A DNA stretch of 32,000 nucleotides from Acidimicrobiales bacterium (GCA_035509915.1 DATKIB010000065.1:17508-49507); one strand, 5' to 3'; shown: positions 1 through 11,309, counted from the first letter of the stretch. The notes: generated by a model not told the origin, from the sequence alone. Translations and numbers: made by a program.

Positions 1-531
1 ATGGCCGAGCTCGTGGGCGAGGCGACGGGCGAACCCGCCGACGTGCACACCCCGGCCGACGAGCTGCGCCGGCGCCTTGCGGCGGCCGGTGGAGAGCCCG
101 AGGAGTCCTGGGGGTCGGGCAAGCTCCTGCTCGAGCTCTACGAGAAGACCACCGAGCCGCAGCTGTGGGGCCCTGTGCTCGTGATGGACTTCCCCGCAGA
201 GGTCTCGCCGCTGTCGCGACGGCACCGCGCGGACCCGGAGCTGGCCGAGCGCTTCGAGGCGATCGTCGCCGGGCGCGAGCTGTTGAACGCCTTCTCCGAG
301 CTCGTCGACCCCGACGACCAGCGCGCGCGTCTCGAGGCTCAGGCCGCCGCGCACGAGGCGGGGGACGAGGAGGCGATGGAGCTCGACGAGGACTTCCTTC
401 GCGCCCTCTCCTACGGCATGCCGCCCACCGCAGGGCTCGGGATGGGCATCGACCGTCTCGTCATGCTCTTGTGCGACCTGGCGAACATACGCGAGGCGAT
501 CGCCTTCCCCACGCTTCGCTCCGAGCGCTGA
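1..531 (+). CDS. lysS: lysyl-tRNA synthetase (class II), C-terminal part; 5' end lies outside the window
   Basis: ORF is open from base 1. Translation has the class II aaRS catalytic core typical of LysRS ([52 protein letters not shown]). lysS lies near clpC in many Actinobacteria. Confidence 0.9.
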   Translation: MAELVGEATGEPADVHTPADELRRRLAAAGGEPEESWGSGKLLLELYEKTTEPQLWGPVLVMDFPAEVSPLSRRHRADPELAERFEAIVAGRELLNAFSELVDPDDQRARLEAQAAAHEAGDEEAMELDEDFLRALSYGMPPTAGLGMGIDRLVMLLCDLANIREAIAFPTLRSER

Positions 532-554
532 AAGCGGGTTCGCGTCGGGCTCGT

Positions 555-578
555 CGAAGCATGTCGGTGGATGCTTCG
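555..578. terminator. 8-bp perfect hairpin (cgaagcat / atgcttcg, 8-nt loop) between convergent lysS and the polyprenyl synthase; possible factor-independent terminator without a U-tract
   Basis: Inverted repeat read directly from the sequence. It sits in the 101-nt convergent intergenic gap. Confidence 0.3.
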
Positions 579-632
579 GAAGCTACGCAACCATCCGCAT
601 CTCCCGACACGTCCGTCCGAGCCCTAGACCCC

Positions 633-1655
633 TCAGCGTCTGACGAGGGGGAGGTCTGAGAGAAGAGAGTCCGCGAACTCGCCCAGTGCGCGCCCGAGCT
701 TCGTGGCGGGGACGGCCGCCGCGGCGTCGACCGCCTGTTGGACGTAGCGCCTGCCCGTCGAGATCGTGGAGTCGATCGCGTCGGAGGAGGCCACGATGGC
801 GCGTGCCTTGTCGCGCTCGGGAAGCCCTAGTGGCCTGCCGAGCAACGGAGCGAGCTCCCGGGCGGTCTCGGGTTCCTTCAGAGCCAGGAGGACCGGGAGG
901 GTGTAGACGCCCTCGGCGAGGTCCTGCCCGGGCAGCTTGCCGAGCTCGTCTTCGGTGCCGATCACGTCGAGGATGTCGTCGCGCAGCTGGAAGACCATCC
1001 CGAAGCACCTGCCGAAAGTCGTGAGCGCCTCGACCTCGGCGCGCTCGAGTCCTCCGGTGAGGGCGCCGATCCGGCAGGACGTCGACATGAGCGCCGCCGT
1101 CTTTCCGGCGATCGCCGAGAAGTAGTCGTCCTCTGAGCGAGTGAGGCTGAAGGCCGATCGGACCTCGGTCAGCTGTCCCTCGCAGAGCCGGCCCAGGGTG
1201 TTGGCCAGCAGACCCGCGATCTCGGTGCCGAGGGCGGCGGCTATCTCCGCGGAGCGCGCCAGTAGGAAGTCGCCGGCCACGATGGCCACGAGGTTGCCGA
1301 AGCGGGCGTTGACCGTCTCGGTGCTCCGTCTCATCGTCGCCTCGTCCATCACGTCGTCGTGGTAGAGAGAGGCGAGATGTACCAGCTCGACGGCCACGGC
1401 TCCGGACAGGTCGTCCGGCCCGGCTCGGCGCGATCCGCCCGTGGCGGCGGCGAGGGCCAGGCCGGGGCGCAAGCGCTTGCCACCGGCAGCTATCAGGTGG
1501 GTGGTGACCTGGTCGAGAAAGTCGTCCCCCGAGCTGACCGCCGTGCGCAATTCGGGCTCGAGGCGTGCCAAATCGTCCGCCAAGAACGAAAGGGAGAGCA
1601 GGGGTGAGGCGTTCACCAGGGTGAACGATATGCGACGGCGGCCACGGGGTGACAA
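633..1655 (-). CDS. trans-polyprenyl diphosphate synthase (FPP/GGPP/long-chain family)
   Basis: Both aspartate-rich motifs are present (LASLYHDDVMDE and FQLRDDILD), with typical family length. The exact start is uncertain because the N-terminal 20-30 aa may be an over-extension. Confidence 0.85.
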   Translation of the reverse strand: MSPRGRRRISFTLVNASPLLSLSFLADDLARLEPELRTAVSSGDDFLDQVTTHLIAAGGKRLRPGLALAAATGGSRRAGPDDLSGAVAVELVHLASLYHDDVMDEATMRRSTETVNARFGNLVAIVAGDFLLARSAEIAAALGTEIAGLLANTLGRLCEGQLTEVRSAFSLTRSEDDYFSAIAGKTAALMSTSCRIGALTGGLERAEVEALTTFGRCFGMVFQLRDDILDVIGTEDELGKLPGQDLAEGVYTLPVLLALKEPETARELAPLLGRPLGLPERDKARAIVASSDAIDSTISTGRRYVQQAVDAAAAVPATKLGRALGEFADSLLSDLPLVRR

Positions 1656-1757
1656 TGCGGCCCCACCAGCACGGACGGGTTCCGGGTGCCGCTCAGGGGC
1701 GAGGGTCCGGGCCCGACCGGGTACAAAGGCAGGTATTGGCCCTTCCGAAAGCTGGTG

Positions 1758-1785
1758 TTACGAACCGGGGCCCGGCCGTTAGAAT
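1758..1785 (+). promoter_or_regulatory. candidate sigma-70/SigA-type promoter for clpC: TTACGA-N16-TAGAAT
   Basis: Hexamers read at 1758-1763 and 1780-1785, about 34 nt upstream of the clpC TTG start. No experimental support. Confidence 0.35.
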
Positions 1786-1818
1786 CGGTGCGGGTCCACC
1801 GTCGAGGGAGGCGGAGCA

Positions 1819-4305
<2,487 letters not shown>

Positions 4306-4335
4306 CCCATCCCGGGCGGGGCCGGCGCAGCCGAT

Positions 4336-4368
4336 GCAACGTCCCGCCGTCACCCCAGACGGCGTTGC
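4336..4368 (+). terminator. imperfect hairpin (gcaacg..ccgtc / gacgg cgttgc) downstream of clpC; weak terminator candidate
   Basis: Inverted repeat with a bulge, read from the sequence 30 nt after the clpC stop. No U-tract. Confidence 0.25.
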
Positions 4369-4470
4369 TGCGGTGCCCGATGCACCTCGGCGTCCCATGG
4401 TCCCGATGATCACGTTCCTGCGGTGACGGTCCACGTGCCGAAGGTCCCAGGTCGCACTGCGAATTCGGCG

Positions 4471-5517
4471 ATGGCCGAGGCCCTCGCCCTTGTGGTGCCC
4501 GGAAAGCCACTCAGAGAGGGCCTCGAGAGGGTGCTGCTGGCGAAGCGAGGCGCCCTCATAGCGGTCGGCGACGGTCACGAGGTGCTCTCCATCTGCACGG
4601 GCGGTTTTCTCCTCGACGCCGAGTTCAGCCCGCAGCGCCTCTCGGAGCTCGCGAAGCTCGACGGCGGGATCGTGCTGTCCCCCGACGCCGGGCGCATCGC
4701 ACGCGCCAACGTCCACTTCATGCCCAACCCGTCGATCCCGACCACCGAGACCGGGACCCGGCACCGCACCGCCGAGCGCATGGCCCGCTCCCTCGACGTG
4801 GCTGTCGTCTCGGCGTCGGCGGCGATGGGAGTGGTCACCGTCTACCGCAACGACATGAAGCACGTGCTCCAGTCCTCGAGCCACATGCACGAGCGGGTGA
4901 GTCACGCCCTTGCGACCCTCCAGCGCTTCCGCCAGCGTTTCGACCTGGCGATAACCGCGCTCAGCGCGCTGGAGATCGAGGACACGGTGACCGTGAGGGA
5001 CGTGGCGGCGGTGCTCCAGCCGGCGGAGCTCGTGATGCGCATCTCACGTGACATCTCCGAGAGCCTGATCGAGCTTGGCGAGGACGGGGTGATGCTTCGA
5101 CTGCAGCTCGACGAGCTCACCGAGGGGGTCGAGACCGTCCGCCGTCTGGTGGCCCGTGACTACCTCCACGGGATCGAGGACGGCGCGCATGGTGTGCTCG
5201 AGCGCCTCGAGCAGATGTCCACCGAAGAGCTCGCCGACCCGAGGCGGGTTGGCGCCGCGCTCGGGCTGCCCGACTCGCGCACCGAGCTCGACGCTTCACT
5301 CGAGCCGCGCGGTTACAGGCTCCTGCACCGGCTCCCGAGATTCCCCGACGCGCTGGTCGAGCGGATCGTGCAGCACTTCGCCGGATTGCAGAAGATCATG
5401 CGCGCCTCGGTGGGTGACCTCGAAGAGGTCGAAGGGGTTGGAGAGGCAAGGGCGCGCTCGCTCAAGGACGGCCTCGCACGCCAGGCCGAGGCGAGCATCC
5501 TGGATCGCTATACCTAA
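4471..5517 (+). CDS. disA: DNA integrity scanning protein DisA (diadenylate cyclase with HhH DNA-binding C-terminus)
   Basis: DAC-domain signatures (GALIAVGDG, DGGIVLS, GTRHRTAERM) and a C-terminal HhH region (SVGDLEEVEGVGEARARSLKDGL). The ATG at 4471 gives the canonical N-terminus. An in-frame GTG at 4423 is an alternative start. Confidence 0.9.
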   Translation: MAEALALVVPGKPLREGLERVLLAKRGALIAVGDGHEVLSICTGGFLLDAEFSPQRLSELAKLDGGIVLSPDAGRIARANVHFMPNPSIPTTETGTRHRTAERMARSLDVAVVSASAAMGVVTVYRNDMKHVLQSSSHMHERVSHALATLQRFRQRFDLAITALSALEIEDTVTVRDVAAVLQPAELVMRISRDISESLIELGEDGVMLRLQLDELTEGVETVRRLVARDYLHGIEDGAHGVLERLEQMSTEELADPRRVGAALGLPDSRTELDASLEPRGYRLLHRLPRFPDALVERIVQHFAGLQKIMRASVGDLEEVEGVGEARARSLKDGLARQAEASILDRYT

Positions 5518-5518
5518 T

Positions 5519-5540
5519 CGTTCGGGAGTGGGTCCGAACG
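5519..5540 (+). terminator. 7-bp hairpin (cgttcgg / ccgaacg) directly after the disA stop
   Basis: Inverted repeat read from the sequence. No U-tract. Confidence 0.25.
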
Positions 5541-5598
5541 GTCCGGGGCGATTTCTCCGCGCGAAAGCTTGTCGGCCCGCGCCCCCCCGCACCTCAGG

Positions 5599-5604
5599 TA
5601 GAAT
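5599..5604 (+). promoter_or_regulatory. TAGAAT -10-like hexamer upstream of carD (no convincing -35)
   Basis: Hexamer lies 58 nt upstream of the carD GTG. The same hexamer occurs upstream of clpC. Confidence 0.25.
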
Positions 5605-5661
5605 GTGAGCTTCGCGGTTCGCCGATGACGGCCCGCTCGTTGGTGGGAGCAGGAGATAAGC

Positions 5662-6141
5662 GTGGTATTCGACATCGGTGACAAGGTGGTCTATCCCCAC
5701 CATGGTGCTGCGATCGTTGAGCGCCGTGAGCAGAAGGAGGCGTTCGGCGAGAAGCGCGAGTACCTCGTCCTTCGCCTGGCGTACGGTGACCTCACGCTGA
5801 TGGTCCCCGCCGACAACACCGAGGGAGTGGGACTCAGAGAGGTCATCAACGACGAGGAGGTGGAAGAGGTGTTCGCGGTCCTCCGCAAGAAGGAGGCCCG
5901 AATGCCCACCAACTGGTCGCGCAGGTACAAGAACCACTCCGAGAAGCTCCGCAGCGGTGACATCTACCAGGTCGCCGAAGTCGTGAGGAACCTCTCCATC
6001 CGCGACAAGGACAAGGGCCTTTCAGCCGGGGAGAAGAGGATGCTCGGCCGTGCGCGCCAGATACTCGTCTCCGAGCTGACCTTCGCTCTCGACGTGAACG
6101 AGGAAGAAGCCGAGAAGCGCCTCGACGAAGCGCTGCCCTGA
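5662..6141 (+). CDS. carD: CarD-family RNA polymerase-binding transcriptional regulator
   Basis: GTG start with AGGAG 6 nt upstream. N-terminal Tudor-like RID (FDIGDKVVYPHHGAAIVE) and CarD C-terminal domain. carD-ispD-ispF order as in mycobacteria. Confidence 0.9.
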   Translation: MVFDIGDKVVYPHHGAAIVERREQKEAFGEKREYLVLRLAYGDLTLMVPADNTEGVGLREVINDEEVEEVFAVLRKKEARMPTNWSRRYKNHSEKLRSGDIYQVAEVVRNLSIRDKDKGLSAGEKRMLGRARQILVSELTFALDVNEEEAEKRLDEALP

Positions 6142-6166
6142 GCTCGAGGGCTCGGGCCGCGAGTCC

Positions 6167-6910
6167 GTGGGCATGCACGATCCCGGTTCCGGCGGTTCGC
6201 AGGGTTCCGCGCGTTCCGAAGGCTCCGCGCGCTCGGAATCTCCAGCGCCCTCCGAAGGCTCCGCGCCGAGGACCGTCTGGGCGGTGGTCGTCGCAGCAGG
6301 CGGCGGATCGCGCTTCGGGGGAAGAAAGCAATTCGCCATGATCCGGGGACGCCCGATGCTCGAGTGGGCGGTGGCCGCGTCGAGGAGCGCAGTGGACGGC
6401 GTGGTCCTGGTGCTGCCTCCCGGCGAAGCGCACGTCGGCACGGAGGGCTGCTTCGGTGCGGACGTGGTGGTCGCGGGCGGTGACTCGCGCTCAGCCTCCG
6501 TGCGCGCGGGACTCGGCGCGGTGCCCGAGGAGGCCTCTGTCGTGGTGGTCCACGACGGGGCGCGTCCACTCGCGACTCCCGCTCTCTTCGCCACCGTCGT
6601 AAGGGCGATCGATGACGGTGCGGACGCGGTGGTGCCCGCGGTGGCGGTGGCCGACACCGTAAAGCGCGTCCGCGCAGGCGCGGTCGTCGGTAGCGCGGTG
6701 CGCGAGGAGCTGATGGCGGTCCAGACACCGCAGGCCTTTCGCGCCGAGGTGCTCAGGCGGGCCCACGTGGGGGGCGGTGAGGCCAGCGACGACGCCGGCC
6801 TGGTGGAGGCGCTCGGCGTGACGGTCCGAGTCGTAGAGGGAGAGCAGCGCAATCTCAAGGTGACCACGCCCGCAGACCTGGAGCTGGTACAGGCGATGGC
6901 GGGTTCGTGA
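6167..6910 (+). CDS. ispD: 2-C-methyl-D-erythritol 4-phosphate cytidylyltransferase
   Basis: WAVVVAAGGGSRFG nucleotide-binding loop and the VHDGARP motif. Carries a roughly 35-aa Ser/Gly/Glu-rich N-terminal extension. Start is GTG 6167 or ATG 6173. Confidence 0.85.
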   Translation: MGMHDPGSGGSQGSARSEGSARSESPAPSEGSAPRTVWAVVVAAGGGSRFGGRKQFAMIRGRPMLEWAVAASRSAVDGVVLVLPPGEAHVGTEGCFGADVVVAGGDSRSASVRAGLGAVPEEASVVVVHDGARPLATPALFATVVRAIDDGADAVVPAVAVADTVKRVRAGAVVGSAVREELMAVQTPQAFRAEVLRRAHVGGGEASDDAGLVEALGVTVRVVEGEQRNLKVTTPADLELVQAMAGS

Positions 6911-7416
6911 TGAGCGCGGACGGCCACGGCATGGGGAGCATGAGGATCGGCCAGGGCTTCGACGTGCACCGTTTCTCGGATGATCCGGCCCGGCAGCTCG
7001 TGCTGGGTGGCGTATCGATCGAGGGCGAGCCGGGCCTGGAGGGGCACAGCGACGCCGACGTCGTGTGCCACGCGCTCGCCGACGCGCTGCTCGGAGCCGC
7101 CGCGCTAGGAGACCTTGGTCTTCACTTCCCCGATACCGACCCTGCCTGGTCCGGTGCCCGGTCGCTCGAACTGCTCGAGCGCGTGCGCTCGATGCTCGGC
7201 AAGGAGCAGCTCGAGGTGCTCAACGCCGACTGCACAGTCGTGTGCGAAAGACCGCGGCTCGCCGGCTACACCAGGCAGATGTCCGAACGGTTGGCGGCGG
7301 TGCTGGGCGCGCCTGTCGGAGTCAAAGCCACGCGGGCAGAGGGCCTCGGCGCGCTGGGCCGTGCCGAGGGGATCGCCTGCATCGCGGTCGCCCTCGTCAC
7401 AGGGCCGGGCCGGTGA
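6907..7416 (+). CDS. ispF: 2-C-methyl-D-erythritol 2,4-cyclodiphosphate synthase
   Basis: MRIGQGFDVHRF and GHSDADVVCHALADALLGA motifs. GTG 6907 overlaps the ispD stop (GTGA). The internal ATGs at 6931 and 6940 (the latter giving the canonical MRIGQGFDVH N-terminus) are equally plausible starts. Confidence 0.9.
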   Translation: MMSADGHGMGSMRIGQGFDVHRFSDDPARQLVLGGVSIEGEPGLEGHSDADVVCHALADALLGAAALGDLGLHFPDTDPAWSGARSLELLERVRSMLGKEQLEVLNADCTVVCERPRLAGYTRQMSERLAAVLGAPVGVKATRAEGLGALGRAEGIACIAVALVTGPGR

Positions 7417-8693
7417 ACAGACCCGAGGGCGCGGGTCGGCGGCGCGGGGTCGGCTCCCGGCCGGCCCCACGCGGCGGCTCGGGCAATTGGGACCGCACGA
7501 CCCGCGGGCGTGGAGCGGCGCCCCGTCCTACGCGAGGTACCGCATCCCGCCCTCCCCCGCGCGGCGGCGGCCCGGCCAAGCGCGAAGGTCCGACCCGCGG
7601 AGGCGCTGCGTCCCGTCCTACCCGAGGTACCGCGTCCCGCCCTCCCCCGCGCGGCGGCCCGGCCAAGCGCGAGGGTCCGACCCGCGGACGTGGCGCAGCT
7701 TCTCGCCCGACCGTGCGCGGTGGCGCCCCGGCCAGGCGCGAAGGTCTGACCCGAGGACGTGGCGCAGCTCCTCGTCCGACCGTGCGCGGTGACGGCCCGA
7801 CCGAGAGCGATGGCCCGTCCCGGCGACGCGCAGTGGGTCATCGCCCTGCGAATCTGGCCGGAGTTCCGGCGAGGTTCGGAGGCAGTCCGGCTCGCCGAGG
7901 TGGTGCACAGCGCGACCGGCAGCGGGGTCTCGGCGGCGAGCAGGTCGAGGGCCGCCGCTCCGTGCTGGAGCTGCTCGCGGCTGGAAGGCGGCGGGTGCGC
8001 GAGGTGTGGATCGCGCAGGATTCCGAACCTTCCCGCCAGCTCGACGAGATCGAGCGCCTCGCCGCCAGACGGAGGGCGAAGGTCCTGATGGTCGGGCGCC
8101 GCCGTCTGGACGCCGCGGCGAGGACCGGTTCGCCGCAGGGCGTGTTGGCCTTCGCCGAGGCCCTCGAGGAGGGTTCCCTCGAGGAAATGTGCGACCCGGT
8201 GCGCGGCGCCGCGCCGTTCTTGGTGGTCCTCGACGGAGTGAGCGATCCCCACAATCTGGGAGCGATCCTGCGCAGTGCCGAATGTGCCGGAGTTACAGGC
8301 ATGGTGCTGCCGCGGCATCGCGCAGCCCACGTGACCCCCACCGTCACGAAAGTGGCAGCAGGGGCGATCGAGCACGTGCCGATGGCGGTGGTGCCCGGGG
8401 TGCCCAATGCCCTGAAGCGGCTGAGCGACCGGGGGGTGCTGTGCATCGGCCTCGATGCCGCCGCCCAGACATCGTTGTTCGAATTGGGAGAAGACCTCTG
8501 CGGCGCTGTGGCTCTCGTGCTCGGCGCCGAGGGCGGAGGCATCGGCTCTCTCAGCCGGCGTAGGTGCGACCTGCTCGTCGCCATTCCAAGACAAGGAGAG
8601 CTCGAGTCGCTGAACGTGGCGGCCGCCGCCGCGGTGGCGTGCTTCGAGACAGCGCGCCGACGCAGCGAATCGACGCCCGCCACGCTTCCCTGA
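7413..8693 (+). CDS. rlmB: TrmH/SpoU-family 23S rRNA (guanosine-2'-O)-methyltransferase (RlmB-like) with a long Arg/Gly/Pro-rich N-terminal extension
   Basis: C-terminal SpoU_sub_bind plus SpoU methylase signatures (VEGRRSVLELL, LVVLDGVSDPHNLGAILRSAE, LVLGAEGGGI, ESLNVAAAAAV). GTG 7413 overlaps the ispF stop (GTGA). Upstream repeat periods of 90, 87 and 69 nt are all multiples of 3, which supports coding. A later GTG near 7831 is an alternative start. Confidence 0.75.
   Translation: MNRPEGAGRRRGVGSRPAPRGGSGNWDRTTRGRGAAPRPTRGTASRPPPRGGGPAKREGPTRGGAASRPTRGTASRPPPRGGPAKREGPTRGRGAASRPTVRGGAPARREGLTRGRGAAPRPTVRGDGPTESDGPSRRRAVGHRPANLAGVPARFGGSPARRGGAQRDRQRGLGGEQVEGRRSVLELLAAGRRRVREVWIAQDSEPSRQLDEIERLAARRRAKVLMVGRRRLDAAARTGSPQGVLAFAEALEEGSLEEMCDPVRGAAPFLVVLDGVSDPHNLGAILRSAECAGVTGMVLPRHRAAHVTPTVTKVAAGAIEHVPMAVVPGVPNALKRLSDRGVLCIGLDAAAQTSLFELGEDLCGAVALVLGAEGGGIGSLSRRRCDLLVAIPRQGELESLNVAAAAAVACFETARRRSESTPATLP
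7505..7805 (+). repeat. imperfect tandem DNA repeats (about 90/87-bp pair followed by a 69-bp pair) encoding RG/P-rich peptide repeats
   Basis: Directly visible: ccgtcctacScgaggtaccgcRtcccgccctcccccgcgcggcgg... recurs at 7523 and 7613. gacgtggcgcagctYctcgYccgaccgtgcgcggtg recurs at 7687 and 7756. Confidence 0.75.
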
Positions 8694-8721
8694 CGCCGCG
8701 CCACCCAGTCAGCGCGGCGTC
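8692..8721. terminator. perfect 10-bp GC-rich hairpin (gacgccgcgc / gcgcggcgtc, 10-nt loop) between convergent rlmB and the ABC substrate-binding gene; candidate bidirectional terminator
   Basis: Inverted repeat read from the sequence. It starts inside the rlmB stop codon. No U-tract. Confidence 0.45.
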
Positions 8722-8790
8722 AACGCCCTTCGCACCCGCGAGGAGGACGCCTTTTCGGCCGGCGCCGAGCTCGACCGACCCTCGAGGACG

Positions 8791-10173
8791 TCAGGCGGTG
8801 TTCACGAGCTTGGAGGGAGGCGACTTGGGCCTGCCGGTGAAGGGCTTGACCGGTCCCGCCCCGGGACTGGTCGAGTAGACGGGGGAGACCGCGGTCCCTC
8901 CTATCCAGCTACCGGTCGGGGTCACCGCCGGCGGAGCCGAGGACGAGTACTGCCACACCTGTGCCCCCTCGAACCCGAAGTGGACCGTCTTGGAGTACGA
9001 GAGCGGAACATAGCCGGAAGTGACGAAATTCTTACCGGTGCTTGCGATCGCGTTGATCAGGCCCTGGCGGGTCAGGTTCCTGCCGGCCGCCTGGAGTGCC
9101 TGCACGAACGTGTAGCCGAGGTTCACTCCGTACTCGGTGTTGCCGTCGAGGCCAGCCTTGGCCCACAGACCTGGCGCGTAATCCTGGAGAAGCTTCGAAT
9201 CGACCTTGACCCAGGCGTTCGAAGTCTCGTTCTCGGCAGGCTCGTAGGTGTCGTAGATGACGTTGTTGAGCAGGCCGACCGCGGCCTGCGCCTCGGAGGC
9301 GCTGTGGGTGGCGGACTGGGTGAACGACGAGAGCAGGGGCCCGACGGTGGGCGAGTCGGCGCCCACGCTGTCGACCACGTACTGCGGCAGGTAACCGACC
9401 GCGGCGGCGGGCAGCATCGCCAGAGCGGTGGCGGCGGGCACGGTCGCAAGCACCACTACCTTGGCCCCGGCGCTCTGGAGGGCGGCCATCTGGTTGCTCA
9501 AGGGGCCCGACAGGGTCGCGGCGTCATAGGTCTGGCGCGAGACCACCGACGAGGAGGGGATCTCCATATCGAGTCCCTTCACCACGTCCTGGCCGAACTC
9601 GTCCCCCTGGTACAGGTAGCCGATCTTCTGGCCGGCGAAGTGCGACTTTATGTACAAGCCGAGGACCTTGCCCTCGATGGTGTAGGGCGGCTCCCAACCC
9701 AAGCTGTACGGGTACTTCGACTGGCTCCAGCAGTTGCAGCCGGACTCGATGAACAGCTGCGGCACCTTCCGCGAATTGAGGTACGCCTGCACCGAGAGCT
9801 GAGTGGGCGTACCGAGAGACCCGACGTCGGCGAAGATGTTGTCCTGGAGCACGAGCTGGCGCGTGAGCGCAGCAGTGTTGGCGGGGTTGTACCCGTCGTC
9901 CAGGTACGTGTAGTGGATCTTTCGCCCGAAGACACCCCCGTGCGCGTTGACCCACGAGAACACGGCGTTGACCGCCGGGGCGATCTCGTCGTATCCGGGC
10001 GCGGCGGGGCCGGTGAGCGGGACGGTGGCGCCTACGTTGATGCTGTTGCTCGTCACACCGGGTGTGCTGGCGGTCGCGACCCCGGAGGTCGTCGTGACCA
10101 CGAAGCCGGTCGCCAGCGCGCCCACCACGAGCGCGCTTGCCCAACGGCGGAGATGTCCGGAGCTGCGAATCAT
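8791..10173 (-). CDS. ABC transporter substrate-binding protein, branched-chain amino acid (LivJ/LivK, Peripla_BP_6) type, secreted
   Basis: N-terminal signal-like segment (RRWASALVVGALATGFVV). Family-typical INVGATVPLTGPAA...YDDGYNPA. Last gene of the liv-type operon, with a 4-nt overlap with the upstream permease gene. Confidence 0.85.
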   Translation of the reverse strand: MIRSSGHLRRWASALVVGALATGFVVTTTSGVATASTPGVTSNSINVGATVPLTGPAAPGYDEIAPAVNAVFSWVNAHGGVFGRKIHYTYLDDGYNPANTAALTRQLVLQDNIFADVGSLGTPTQLSVQAYLNSRKVPQLFIESGCNCWSQSKYPYSLGWEPPYTIEGKVLGLYIKSHFAGQKIGYLYQGDEFGQDVVKGLDMEIPSSSVVSRQTYDAATLSGPLSNQMAALQSAGAKVVVLATVPAATALAMLPAAAVGYLPQYVVDSVGADSPTVGPLLSSFTQSATHSASEAQAAVGLLNNVIYDTYEPAENETSNAWVKVDSKLLQDYAPGLWAKAGLDGNTEYGVNLGYTFVQALQAAGRNLTRQGLINAIASTGKNFVTSGYVPLSYSKTVHFGFEGAQVWQYSSSAPPAVTPTGSWIGGTAVSPVYSTSPGAGPVKPFTGRPKSPPSKLVNTA

Positions 10174-11309
10174 GGATCAGTCCTTTCCGTCGCCGGCCCC
10201 TCTCCCCTTGACCATCCCCCCTCGGGCCCGCCGGAGCCGACGGTCGCCATTGCGGGCCCTTCACTCTCCTGCAACTCGTCTGTAACACTATCCCCGCGCC
10301 TGCGCCGGATGAAGGCCTTTATTTCAGACGCCCCCCTCCTAAGGCCGCCCTGGATCCCCGAGGGGGCGAGGAGCATCACGACTATGAGCACCACCCCGTA
10401 GATGATCGTCGCCAGGTAAGCGCTCACGCCGTTGCCGAGGCTGAAGCTCTTCGAGATCGAGGTCGACCAGTCGGGCAGGTATACGAGCGCCACAGCGCCC
10501 CACCACACGCCCATGAGGCTGCCTGCGCCCCCGAGGACCATGCCGGCGAGTATCCCGATCGAGAGGCTCAGTGGGAACTCGCCCGTGCTGACGACCCCGG
10601 TCGACACCCCGAGAAAGGCGCCGGCCAGCCCAGCGCAGCCTGCGCTCACCGCGAAGGCGATCACCTTGGTCCGCGCCACGTGGATGCCCGCCAGCGAGGC
10701 CGCTATCTCGTCGTCGCGCACTGCCCGGAAGGAGCGCCCGAAGCGGCTACGAAGCAGGTTGGCCAGGAGCAGGAGCGTGATTAGGGCGCCCAAGATCTCG
10801 ATCCAGGTGAGCCACTCGTAGGCGCTGATGCTCCCCGGCGGGGTGGGGGAGTTGGTGGAGAGGCCCTGGTCGCCGCCGAAGGTGGCGCTGTACTTGTCGG
10901 CCAGCAGAGGCAGGCCGAGCGCGAGGATGAGCGTCATGCCCGCCAGGTAGGGGCCCTTGAGCCTCGTGGCGGGTATCCCGACCACGACCCCCATCGCGGT
11001 GGTGACCGCCACGGCCGCGAGCAGCTCGACCACGAAGTTCAACTGGGTGTGCGTCATGAGCAGCGCCGTGGTGTACGCGCCGACAGCCATGAGCGCCCCG
11101 TGCCCGAGCGATATCTGACCGTTCATCCCGGTGAGGACGCTCAGGCCCGCGAGCGCCACTGCATAGAGGGCGATCTCGCCGAGCCGGTAGTTGTCGTAGT
11201 CGCTGAGCACCGACGTGAGCCCGTAGAAGCCTGCCGCCGCCACCAGGGCGAAGAGCAGATGGCGCGGGAACGGGCGGGTCGGGAGCCGCAGGCGGCGTGA
11301 TCGGCTCAC
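10170..11309 (-). CDS. livM: branched-chain amino acid ABC transporter permease (LivM-type)
   Basis: Polytopic membrane protein with LTGMNGQISLGHGALMAVGAYT. GTG at 11309 overlaps the livH stop (GTGA). The track ORF extending to 11606 is an over-extension into livH. Confidence 0.85.
   Translation of the reverse strand: MSRSRRLRLPTRPFPRHLLFALVAAAGFYGLTSVLSDYDNYRLGEIALYAVALAGLSVLTGMNGQISLGHGALMAVGAYTTALLMTHTQLNFVVELLAAVAVTTAMGVVVGIPATRLKGPYLAGMTLILALGLPLLADKYSATFGGDQGLSTNSPTPPGSISAYEWLTWIEILGALITLLLLANLLRSRFGRSFRAVRDDEIAASLAGIHVARTKVIAFAVSAGCAGLAGAFLGVSTGVVSTGEFPLSLSIGILAGMVLGGAGSLMGVWWGAVALVYLPDWSTSISKSFSLGNGVSAYLATIIYGVVLIVVMLLAPSGIQGGLRRGASEIKAFIRRRRGDSVTDELQESEGPAMATVGSGGPEGGWSRGEGPATERTDP

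Noticed and set aside
629-650. Short hairpin cccctc-N10-gagggg at the polyprenyl synthase stop
   Set aside because: It has only a 6-bp stem and overlaps the CDS end. It is too weak to call a terminator.
5964-7071. Minus-strand ORFs (254 aa and 349 aa) antisense to ispD/ispF
   Set aside because: The translations are Pro/Arg/Ser-rich low complexity and overlap confidently assigned ispD and ispF. These are high-GC artefacts.
7065-7412. N-terminal 116 codons of the 542-aa track ORF overlapping ispF
   Set aside because: This part is out of frame with, and fully inside, ispF. A GTG at 7413 overlapping the ispF stop gives a coherent start for the methyltransferase.
7505-7805. Possible CRISPR-like or intergenic repeat array
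   Set aside because: The repeats are contiguous with no unique spacers and imperfect. Their periods are multiples of 3 within an open frame, which is consistent with a coding peptide repeat.
7266-8704. Minus-strand ORFs (442 aa and 288 aa) antisense to the rlmB-like gene
   Set aside because: No domain signatures. They lie opposite a gene with clear SpoU motifs.
8980-10401. 473-aa plus-strand ORF antisense to the ABC substrate-binding gene
   Set aside because: The translation is Gly/Arg/Val/Asp-rich with no motifs. The opposite strand encodes a clear Peripla_BP_6-type protein.
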